A stretch of DNA of 37,768 bases from the IMG/VR virus record IMGVR_UViG_2526164599_000010; one strand, given 5' to 3'. Each line of letters opens with the position of its first letter. Positions within the stretch are counted from its first letter, which is position 1. This DNA comes from a virus. Its lineage: Duplodnaviria; Heunggongvirae; Uroviricota; Caudoviricetes. Below the pieces are notes generated by a model. That model worked only from the letters and a program-made list of their open reading frames with translations. It was not told the origin of the DNA and did no database searches. The translations under genes and the position numbers were made by a program. Positions 30,149 through 37,768 of the stretch are shown piece after piece.

Positions 30149-30468
30149 TTTGCGGCCCTCAGAATAAATTCAGGATAAAATTTCAGACTCATTTGCCGTA
30201 ACACATCCAGTGCAGCAACGGCTGCTGATTTATCGTTGCCATCAGCAATAGCGCGGAGATTTTCAATAATCCAGTGAGGACTCAGTGACTCAGCAATAAT
30301 GCCAAACCGGTACGCCATGACCTCATCAATAGCTTTTTCATGAGACGTCTCATATACAAAATTCACAAATTCATGCACTTCTTTTTTCGGCAAACCACCG
30401 GCAATCAGCAGGGCGGCAAGCTCTTCTGATTTTGAAAATACACCATTATTCATATCACTCACCTTCAC
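30145..30468 (-). CDS. Early semi-essential region protein, function unknown
   Basis: 107-aa ORF. Confidence 0.6.
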   Translation of the reverse strand: MKVSDMNNGVFSKSEELAALLIAGGLPKKEVHEFVNFVYETSHEKAIDEVMAYRFGIIAESLSPHWIIENLRAIADGNDKSAAVAALDVLRQMSLKFYPEFILRAAK

Positions 30469-30637
30469 AATTCATGCACGCCGTGTCATCGCCCATATCG
30501 CAGTGGTTGCATTTCTGCCCGCCACAATGAGGGCACTCTTTCAGATATTCAGGGGATTCATTACCGCAGGTCGGGCATTCCTGTTTCACCGTGGTAAATT
30601 TCCCCAGCCACGAATACGATGTTTCACTGTTTTCCAT
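30455..30637 (-). CDS. Small zinc-ribbon protein (three CxxC pairs), function unknown
   Basis: 60-aa ORF with CPTC...CPHC...CNHC...CMNC. Confidence 0.6.
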   Translation of the reverse strand: MENSETSYSWLGKFTTVKQECPTCGNESPEYLKECPHCGGQKCNHCDMGDDTACMNCEGE

Positions 30638-31154
30638 TAGTTACCTCCGCCTGTTTTTGCGCCCGGATAAATTCGTCAGAAAGGATTTCAGTCATGCGGC
30701 CTTGCGCGGGTGTCATCCCCGTCATGACGTAAATCACATCACCAACACGGAACCACTGGAGCGGCCCGAATATTGTTGCGCTGAAATCCAGTCCCAGTGC
30801 GGGTAAAAGAGCGTCTGTGCGGGCGTAAGTGACCGGAATATTCTCCTGCCATATTTTCGCCAGCTCTCTTGCCTGCTCCCTGAGATGAGCAGGTATCCGC
30901 GAAGTTCTGGGCCTGCAACTGTTACCTGATGCGGGCCGTTGTACGGTCCACAGCTCCCGCGAGAAGGGGCGCTCATTCCCCGGAAAGTTCACACCATGAA
31001 AATGACGCCCACCAATACCGGTGCTGAATACTGACCGGCAACCACAGCCCAGAACCTTATCAAGATGGCGGGCTTCTTCGCGTAGTTTCAGGCAGTCCGC
31101 CATAAACTGGTCCCATGCCAGCAGTGCTGCGGGATTTGACGTTTTAAAAAACAT
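30624..31154 (-). CDS. Early region protein, function unknown; start set at the internal ATG 31154, abutting the upstream stop
   Basis: Track ORF 30624..31193 begins inside the upstream gene; MFFKTSNPAALLAWDQF... from 31154. Confidence 0.55.
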   Translation of the reverse strand: MFFKTSNPAALLAWDQFMADCLKLREEARHLDKVLGCGCRSVFSTGIGGRHFHGVNFPGNERPFSRELWTVQRPASGNSCRPRTSRIPAHLREQARELAKIWQENIPVTYARTDALLPALGLDFSATIFGPLQWFRVGDVIYVMTGMTPAQGRMTEILSDEFIRAQKQAEVTNGKQ

Positions 31155-31684
31155 CACGCCACCTCCTGCACCGTTGCGGGAACCGGAGAACAATCAAGAA
31201 TGAGATAACGCAGTACATGGTCGGTGATATTCCAGGCGCTTGAACTGCAAATAAAACGCCCCAGCCGGATATCGATATAAGCCATCACAAAACGGGGCAT
31301 TCCCTGTTCGCACATTCTGTTATCCACCTCAGCAACAATGTGGACTGACTCACAGGTCAGCACGCCCGTCGCAAACTCTTTTGCCAGTGCGGGGATGGTA
31401 TTACCTTCCACCCAGGGTAATGAGCGACGCCAGTTGCACCACACCGCATCATCAACAGCAGGCTGTTCAGTTGCGCTTCGTCTTACAGGCGGCGTCGGAC
31501 GCGGGCGCGGAACGTCATAAAATCCGTTGCATTCGGTGAGAACGCCGGCATCAACCGCATCACGCAGGAAATACACCATTGATGAGGAAGGCATCTTCAT
31601 TTTTTCAGCCAGAACTCCGCAGGTCAGGCGTCCGTAAGCCCGTAATAATGTGCTGACACCATTCAGAATTTTTGCATCAACCAT
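31154..31684 (-). CDS. Early region protein, function unknown
   Basis: 176-aa ORF preceded by GAGG; first gene after the gam-proximal intergenic gap. Confidence 0.6.
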   Translation of the reverse strand: MVDAKILNGVSTLLRAYGRLTCGVLAEKMKMPSSSMVYFLRDAVDAGVLTECNGFYDVPRPRPTPPVRRSATEQPAVDDAVWCNWRRSLPWVEGNTIPALAKEFATGVLTCESVHIVAEVDNRMCEQGMPRFVMAYIDIRLGRFICSSSAWNITDHVLRYLILDCSPVPATVQEVA

Positions 31685-31782
31685 GTTTTATTCCTCAGTA
31701 ATCTTTTTCAGGCGCGAGCAATCCCCTGACGCATCGCGCCATAATTAAAAGAATGTGAATTAATTAAATATTAATGGTGGTA

Positions 31783-32307
31783 TTAAATACCGGCTTCCTG
31801 TTCAAATGGAATAATGGAAAAATCTTCAATTCCCGATTTAACCGTAATTCCGGCAACACCTGCGACGGCTTTTGGTTCCAGTAAAATCGCCTCCTTGTTG
31901 ATTTCCTGCTTCGTGCGAATAAAGCGTTGCAGGCCAAGGCGCTCCAGCGTTTCCATCACTGCATCCATACCACGAATACTTACTGATGGTGGACGGACCC
32001 GCCACGATACATCACCGGTGACAAGATTCGCCGTCTTCACTTTGCCGCCGTTCGTCAGTTCGTCGCGGTTCGCTTCACACCATCCCTGAACGCCTTTTGA
32101 AAGGGTTTCAATATCGGTTTTAATCGGTGCAATCCGGGCCGCAAATTTCTCCGTAATTTCCGCGATGGCATCATTCATTTCCGTTTCCAGACGTGATGCT
32201 TCGCGCTGTAAATCCCCGATGCGTTTAATATCGATAATCACCGCATCGCGGTTTTGTGGCACATAAGCCGCTGCGGCACTTTTGATGCGTTTTGCTGGTT
32301 TAGCCAT
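31783..32307 (-). CDS. gam: Gam, Ku-like DNA-end-binding host-nuclease inhibitor
   Basis: 174-aa ORF MAKPAKRIKSAAAAYVPQNRDAV...; recognised as Mu Gam by sequence recall and by size and position. Confidence 0.85.
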   Translation of the reverse strand: MAKPAKRIKSAAAAYVPQNRDAVIIDIKRIGDLQREASRLETEMNDAIAEITEKFAARIAPIKTDIETLSKGVQGWCEANRDELTNGGKVKTANLVTGDVSWRVRPPSVSIRGMDAVMETLERLGLQRFIRTKQEINKEAILLEPKAVAGVAGITVKSGIEDFSIIPFEQEAGI

Positions 32308-32326
32308 AAATTAAAGCTCCTGTTAA

Positions 32327-32626
32327 TTAATATCCGCTGTATACAATGCTGGATACAGCACGATTGCTTAATTCCATCTTTCGGGCAATGACATGAATAT
32401 CCAGCCCTTCTTTATAAAGTTCACGACACAAATATTTATCGTGTTCACTGACCTGGTATGCACATAACGATATTCCGTGCCTTCTGGCATGTGCCCGGAG
32501 GGCGGTTGTGGCGACGTTCAGTTTTTCCGCCATTTCTTCAACGGTCATTTTTCCAACGTTGGCTTCAATAAATTCCCGGTCTTCGCGTGACCAGTGCTTA
32601 CGATTACACTTCATGTCAGCCACCAT
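32327..32626 (-). CDS. Small HTH-type DNA-binding protein
   Basis: 99-aa ORF with a helix-turn-helix-like stretch (MTVEEMAEKLNVATTALRAHARRHGI). Confidence 0.6.
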   Translation of the reverse strand: MVADMKCNRKHWSREDREFIEANVGKMTVEEMAEKLNVATTALRAHARRHGISLCAYQVSEHDKYLCRELYKEGLDIHVIARKMELSNRAVSSIVYSGY

Positions 32627-33046
32627 TCAGTACAGCAGAGGCTCGCGCATTGATGCCGGAATATGCCGCAGCGATAGCTGAACGGCTTTCAGGGCAAGCG
32701 AGGAATAACAGCAGCGCGCCCAGCTTTTTGCCATTAATCGGTAATCGCGCCAGATACGCTGCCACGTTTCACGTGCTTTCGGGTCTGATACACAGATGTA
32801 TTCCCGGTCCATGACGTATTCCCATAAATCCACGTTGAACGCACCGCCAAACGCAATGGCGCGGGAAATGCTTTCACCGCAATAACGCGCACAGATGCTG
32901 TAATGGTCGAAAGCAATCAGGTAAGTCTTTTCACCATAACCATCAACTTCACGCGCACAAATAAACTCGCGTAATTCACCACCGTTGTTATTACGTTCCC
33001 GGATTCGGATTAATGCCTGAATTTCATTTCGGATTTTGACGTTCAT
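32627..33046 (-). CDS. Early region protein, function unknown
   Basis: 139-aa ORF. Confidence 0.55.
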   Translation of the reverse strand: MNVKIRNEIQALIRIRERNNNGGELREFICAREVDGYGEKTYLIAFDHYSICARYCGESISRAIAFGGAFNVDLWEYVMDREYICVSDPKARETWQRIWRDYRLMAKSWARCCYSSLALKAVQLSLRHIPASMREPLLY

Positions 33047-33066
33047 TGTCAGCGCTCCTTTGCGAA

Positions 33067-33336
33067 TTAATGTTTAACCGCATTCACCGGACGTGGTACT
33101 AAATCACATTCAGCTTCCATACCCGCTTTCTTCATAGTGGTCAGCATCTCATCTTTGGCCTTTTTAATAATTTCAGGAGCCATAGTCAGGACGATATTTG
33201 CCAGTAAATCATGAGGCCCGGTATTTTCCGTTGGCGAGATATCTGCAAGACATGCTTTTGCATCCAGAACTTCTCTGCGCCCATTGCAACCGTCACTACT
33301 TTCCAGCCATGTAAACTCAAAGATAACTTTTGCCAT
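33067..33336 (-). CDS. Early region protein, function unknown
   Basis: 89-aa ORF. Confidence 0.55.
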   Translation of the reverse strand: MAKVIFEFTWLESSDGCNGRREVLDAKACLADISPTENTGPHDLLANIVLTMAPEIIKKAKDEMLTTMKKAGMEAECDLVPRPVNAVKH

Positions 33337-33347
33337 TTTGCTTCTCC

Positions 33348-33560
33348 TTATTGATTAACGGGCGTTGCATTTGTGATTTTGTTAAGTTCACAAAGCACAT
33401 TTTCTGCGTGATGATGGTTGCCGACATGAACGACCAGCCTGTGACCACCAACAAATTCAAAAGCAACACCGCCCTCAACAGTCGTTTCCATTACATTGAC
33501 ATTATCAAGGTTGATTAACTTACTAATTCCCAGATTATCGTGAATATTTATCACCATCAT
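33348..33560 (-). CDS. Early region protein, function unknown
   Basis: 70-aa ORF. Confidence 0.5.
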   Translation of the reverse strand: MMVINIHDNLGISKLINLDNVNVMETTVEGGVAFEFVGGHRLVVHVGNHHHAENVLCELNKITNATPVNQ

Positions 33561-33567
33561 TTAAATG

Positions 33568-33795
33568 CTATCTCCAGATTATCTGACAACCATTAAGACG
33601 GGCCGTCCATACAGAACGGGCCACCCCGGACTTATGCTCCATAATTCTGACCGCGTTTTTTACCAGTTCCACCGGTGGGTAAGTGATTTCAAGAATCGGA
33701 CGCGCCACGCCGAGATATGATTCATTTACATGGCTCCCGCGCGCCTGTAACCAGTTCTGCGCATCCGTTGCCATTTTTATATTTCGGGCCATCAT
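33568..33795 (-). CDS. First small gene after B; position and size fit Mu kil (host-killing protein), assignment by position only
   Basis: 75-aa ORF 15 nt downstream of the B stop. Confidence 0.6.
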
Positions 33796-33810
33796 AATTT
33801 CTTCTCCTTC

Positions 33811-34749
33811 TTAATTACGCAGCAGCGTTGAAATATCAACGTCCAGGTCTAATTCACGGAAAGCCTGACGCAGATAATCTTCGTTAACACGCTCACCTTT
33901 ACCGTGAGCCGTCATGGCGGCAAGGCGAAGTGAATGATTCAGAATGCGAAGCGCACCTGGTTTCTGCGCAATCTGCTGTAATAACTCCAGTTCTTTTTCG
34001 CCGTTAATCTGCCAGGCATCCGCAATAGCTTTTACATCGGCTTTTTTGGTTTTATTAATTGCAGTGCGCTTTGCAATACGGGAAAACAGACGGGCAAATT
34101 CAACCGTTCTGTTACCCCCCGTCATATTTGAATAAACCCGGTGATTTCCCATCAGCACAAGGCCAGTGCGGGTTGATTCCTGTAACAGGCGGAGTTCTTC
34201 CAGAACTTCGGCACCAAGATGATCAGCTTCGTCGATGATAACCAGCCCCTGTGTACCTTCAAGGCGACGTCGCAGGGCGCGGGAGAGCGGCCCTTTACGG
34301 CGTGGTGCGTCATTCATTCCCAGCTCAAACGCCAGTTCAGTAAGACATTCCAGAACGCTGGCACAGGATGGCGTAATGGTGATCATCCAGACATTGTTAT
34401 TGGTGCGGCGATATTCACGGGCCGCTTCGGTTTTGCCCACACCAGGATTGCCACATACAACAGCAATACTTTCAGTCAGGCTGGCAAAACGCATACTTGT
34501 CCAGATTTGTTTTACCGTCTGCGTTTCCACAAAGCGGGGCGGTTCAGGTAGTTCTGCAACTGCATGATATTTTTCCAGCCAGCGTTGCAGAATTTGTGAA
34601 ACACGCTCGTTATCCCCGTTGTACTTATCATTGATAAAACTACTGATAGTTCCGGTAGAAAGTCCGCTCTCAAGAGCAATTTGTTTAAAGGTGGTTTCTT
34701 CATTTTCTACAAGCGTGCGCAGTCCTGCGCGAATATCGGAAATATTCAT
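33811..34749 (-). CDS. B: MuB transposition target-DNA activator (AAA+ ATPase)
   Basis: 312-aa ORF MNISDIRAGLRTLVENEETTFKQIALESGL...; Walker A GNPGVGKT, Walker B LVIIDEAD; directly downstream of A. Confidence 0.9.
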   Translation of the reverse strand: MNISDIRAGLRTLVENEETTFKQIALESGLSTGTISSFINDKYNGDNERVSQILQRWLEKYHAVAELPEPPRFVETQTVKQIWTSMRFASLTESIAVVCGNPGVGKTEAAREYRRTNNNVWMITITPSCASVLECLTELAFELGMNDAPRRKGPLSRALRRRLEGTQGLVIIDEADHLGAEVLEELRLLQESTRTGLVLMGNHRVYSNMTGGNRTVEFARLFSRIAKRTAINKTKKADVKAIADAWQINGEKELELLQQIAQKPGALRILNHSLRLAAMTAHGKGERVNEDYLRQAFRELDLDVDISTLLRN

Positions 34750-34787
34750 CTGAATAACCTCGTAATTAAATCTTGTTTAAACGTTAA

Positions 34788-36779
34788 TTAAATGGCTTTT
34801 TTACGTCTGTTCTGTTCCAGTATATCCAGCGAATGATTCAGATATTCATCACGCTCAGTTTCGTATTCATCATCACGCTCCTGATTCTTCACTCGTTCCG
34901 TATTACCGGAAGGCCGGAAAATGCCGACAATTCGTGATTCTGGTGCTTCAGGTTCGGCTATCTGCGGCAGCAGCTCTGCCACTTCCAGTGCATCCATTTG
35001 TTTCTGTGCCTTAATTGCTGCTTTCGTCGCAGATTTCAGTTGTTTCTGGCGGCGGCGATATTCACGGCCTGCCGCAGCATCATTAAACGCAACAGGTGCC
35101 AGACATTCCGCTTCACAGATAAACCGACCGTCCAGGGTGTAGCAATAAACCGTGCTGTGTAGCTGTTGTGGATCAAATCTGACCACAACTTTTTTCACTC
35201 CGGCATTCATTAACGCCATGTTGTAATAAACGTTTTTCGCGCCTTTAAGGGAGCCGCCAACTTTAAGCGTAAACTCGCCTTTGCGTGAAACGTTCACCGC
35301 CTCGGCAGGCAGTAACAGCATCCGTTTTTGTTCTTCGGTTGGCTTACGCACAATCGTTCTGGCGTATTCACGCTCGAAAACATCATCAAACGAGAGTTTG
35401 CCCCCGCACATTTCTGTTTCACGGCCTGTTCTGGCATTGAACATCGCCACACCTTCGGCAAGGGTTTTCAGAAACAGCTCTGCATCAACAGCGCGGTCGC
35501 CATAGTTATCAGGTTTTGCCTGCGGATTAGGCCCCGTATATGCGCCAGCCAGTGCCGGATGCTTATCAACGTATTCCTCAAGCCCACCAACACCGAAAGC
35601 ACGTTCAACAGGTTTTGCCTGGCCCCAGCCTTTACCGGCAACAACGCTTGTCCAGTGCATTTTCGCCCCCATCAGTAAAAACAGTCCTTTTGGATCGTCC
35701 TCTTTTACCTTAAAGCGGTAGCGATTGGGCGCGCCTCCCGTCAGCCATTTATTCGCAGCACCACGGGTGTTATCAATGGTGATGTGAAAATCCTCCGGGA
35801 TACCGTAGCGAGTCACAACATCCATGAACGAGAGGCGAATTGAATCAATGTTCTCGCTCACATCGCAGCGCCAGCCCAGAATTTTTCGGGTTTTCACATC
35901 CTGCCAGAACCATGTTTTCGGGCGGATCACATCACCGTTAAACCAGCGTACAAAGACGTTATGCAGATAACCGTCGCCGTTGATCCACTGCATGGCGTCC
36001 AGGTGTTCCACAGTTCGCTGCTGTGCCGGTATCAGATGCATCAGTGCATGTTCACCTTCACGACAGGCAACAACCATTGCCTCGTCCAGTTGCTGAATCC
36101 GGCGAAAGGCCGTGGCACGGGAGGGAATACTCCAGCCATGCTCGCGGGCTGCCAGTTCCAGACGCTCATAACATTTGCGGAAGGCGGGTTTTTCCGGTCG
36201 CAGATAATCTGCAATCAGAAACTGCCAGGCATCCTCGTCAAATTCACTTTTGTGAACGTTGCGACGGGATGCACCACGTCCATCAACAAGCGCAGCCGCC
36301 CAGTCAGGCTTCGCAAACTTCTGTACCTGGTAATACTTGTCCCGCAAAGTGGATGCGCTGACCTGGTAATGCCCTGCAACGGTCGCAAAAGCCGTTTTTG
36401 TTGAAATCCCCTGGTTCAGCATTTCGTCTGCAGCCTGAACCGCAGGCAACCATTTTTCAGCAAGTCTGCGCTGGGAATCGCTGGCGTTATCCCATTTGCT
36501 CCACAGTGCCTCACGATCATAATCATGGGCTTCCAGCGTGGGGCGGGCGATTTCAAAATACCCCAGGCTTGTTTCAATCTCTCCTTGTCTCAGCAATAAC
36601 GCCGCTTTCGCTTCAACAGGTAAAGAGTTCGCATTGTATTCAATTGCTTTACCACCTTTGACACCTGCTCTAGTGCGGTTTTGCCATCCTTGCTTTTTAG
36701 CAACATAAATCACACCAGCCGATGTTTTCGGCAAACCAGGAAGATTCGCACACTCTTTCGGTGATACCCAAAGTTCCAT
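34788..36779 (-). CDS. A: MuA DDE transposase
   Basis: Track ORF 34788..36788 (666 aa); start moved to the third Met ([18 protein letters not shown]...), giving 663 aa with the ATG one nt after the ner stop; sequence recognised as MuA. Confidence 0.95.
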
Positions 36780-36780
36780 G

Positions 36781-37008
36781 TTATTCACCTGCTTGATATC
36801 GGCTAGGCCAGATTACTTCCGGTTTAGTTTCTAAGGCGTTAGCAATAATCTGCTCACCCTTTGGCCAGTGTCGTTCTAGCGCATTAGCTAATGTAGTTGG
36901 CGCATAACCAAACTGCCGGGAAAGAGCTGATAAAGAGAGCTTTCTTTTCTTAAGTCCCGCAATCACATCCGCACGATGCCAATCACGGGCCTTTTCGTTG
37001 GAACACAT
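36781..37008 (-). CDS. ner: Ner, negative regulator of early transcription
   Basis: 75-aa [51 protein letters not shown]...; divergent from c. Confidence 0.9.
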
Positions 37009-37177
37009 TTAAAAACCCTCCTAAGTTTTGTAATCTATAAAGTTAGCAATTTAACTAAGTGTAAAAACTTAGCTAGCTTGCTAAAAAGATAATTACTGAA
37101 AAGCTTTTTGTAAAGCTGCTTTTTAGTAAATTCCTTTGATTACTGATTAACGCATTGATAAATAAAGGATTTAAATT
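37009..37177. promoter_or_regulatory. c-ner divergent control region: repressor operators, Pe/Pc promoters and the overlapping transposition enhancer (IAS)
   Basis: AT-rich 169-bp interval between divergent c and ner; repeated CTTTT-AGTAA-type motifs, e.g. TTACTGAAAAG (37093..37103) and CTTTTTAGTAA (37119..37129). Confidence 0.75.
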
Positions 37178-37768
37178 TTGAAAAGTAACTTTATAGAAAA
37201 GAGCAATACTGAAAAGTCAATTTGGTGTTCGCCGCAAGAAATTATGGCTGCTGATGGTATGCCTGGATCTGTTGCTGGTGTTCACTATCGAGCAAATGTT
37301 CAAGGCTGGACGAAGCGGAAAAAGGAAGGTGTCAAGGGGGGGAAAGCTGTTGAATACGATGTGATGTCGATGCCCACCAAAGAACGAGAGCAAGTTATTG
37401 CGCACTTGGGGTTATCCACACCGGATACTGGTGCTCAAGCCAATGAGAAACAGGATTCTTCGGAACTGATAAACAAATTAACCACAACCTTAATCAATAT
37501 GATTGAAGAGTTGGAACCAGATGAAGCACGCAAGGCACTGAAACTTTTAAGTAAAGGGGGGTTGTTGGCGTTAATGCCTCTTGTATTTAATGAACAGAAA
37601 CTTTACAGCTTTATAGGATTTTCACAGCAAAGTATTCAGACGTTGATGATGCTAGATGCATTACCTGAAGAAAAACGCAAAGAGATTTTGTCAAAGTATG
37701 GGATTCATGAACAGGAAAGTGTTGTAGTACCTTCACAGGAACCACAGGAGGTAAAAAAAGCCGTATAA
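37178..37768 (+). CDS. c: Mu repressor c
   Basis: 196-aa ORF MKSNFIEKSNTEKSIWCSPQEIMAADGMPGSVAGVHYRANVQGW...; its N-terminal DNA-binding region is homologous to the MuA N-terminus (..[21 protein letters not shown]..); stop codon is the last triplet of the window. Confidence 0.9.
   Translation: MKSNFIEKSNTEKSIWCSPQEIMAADGMPGSVAGVHYRANVQGWTKRKKEGVKGGKAVEYDVMSMPTKEREQVIAHLGLSTPDTGAQANEKQDSSELINKLTTTLINMIEELEPDEARKALKLLSKGGLLALMPLVFNEQKLYSFIGFSQQSIQTLMMLDALPEEKRKEILSKYGIHEQESVVVPSQEPQEVKKAV

Noticed and set aside
34788-36788. MuA start at the first ATG (666 aa, MNNMELW...)
   Set aside because: That start lies inside the ner coding sequence; the ATG at 36779, one nt after the ner stop, gives the expected 663-aa MuA beginning MELWVSP.

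Overview
This window is almost an entire bacteriophage Mu (or very close Mu-like) transposable prophage, lying in inverted orientation: the Mu left-end genes are at the window's right edge and the tail-fibre / invertible G-segment region is at the left edge. Identification is by recall of Mu protein sequences and the conserved Mu gene order, not by database search. Recognisable genes run c (+), then on the minus strand ner, A (MuA transposase), B, about 13 early 'semi-essential' genes including gam, gemA and mor, the middle operon ending in C, the lysis cassette, terminase, portal, head and tail genes, and tail fibre S-U. The window ends exactly at the c stop codon and begins inside the inverted repeat at the gin-proximal end of the invertible segment, so attL, gin, mom and attR are not in view. 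The main departure from canonical Mu is a 2124-bp IS21-family element (istA plus a frameshifted istB) inserted in the alternative tail-fibre cassette S'v, with a 4-bp target duplication ACGG. The invertible segment is bounded by two identical 26-bp gix-like sites embedded in unusually long (about 210 bp) inverted repeats, one of which carries a 1-bp indel. I found no CRISPR array, tRNA or rRNA, and no evidence of a novel multi-gene defence system; the findings are structural or regulatory observations and a few unannotated small ORFs.
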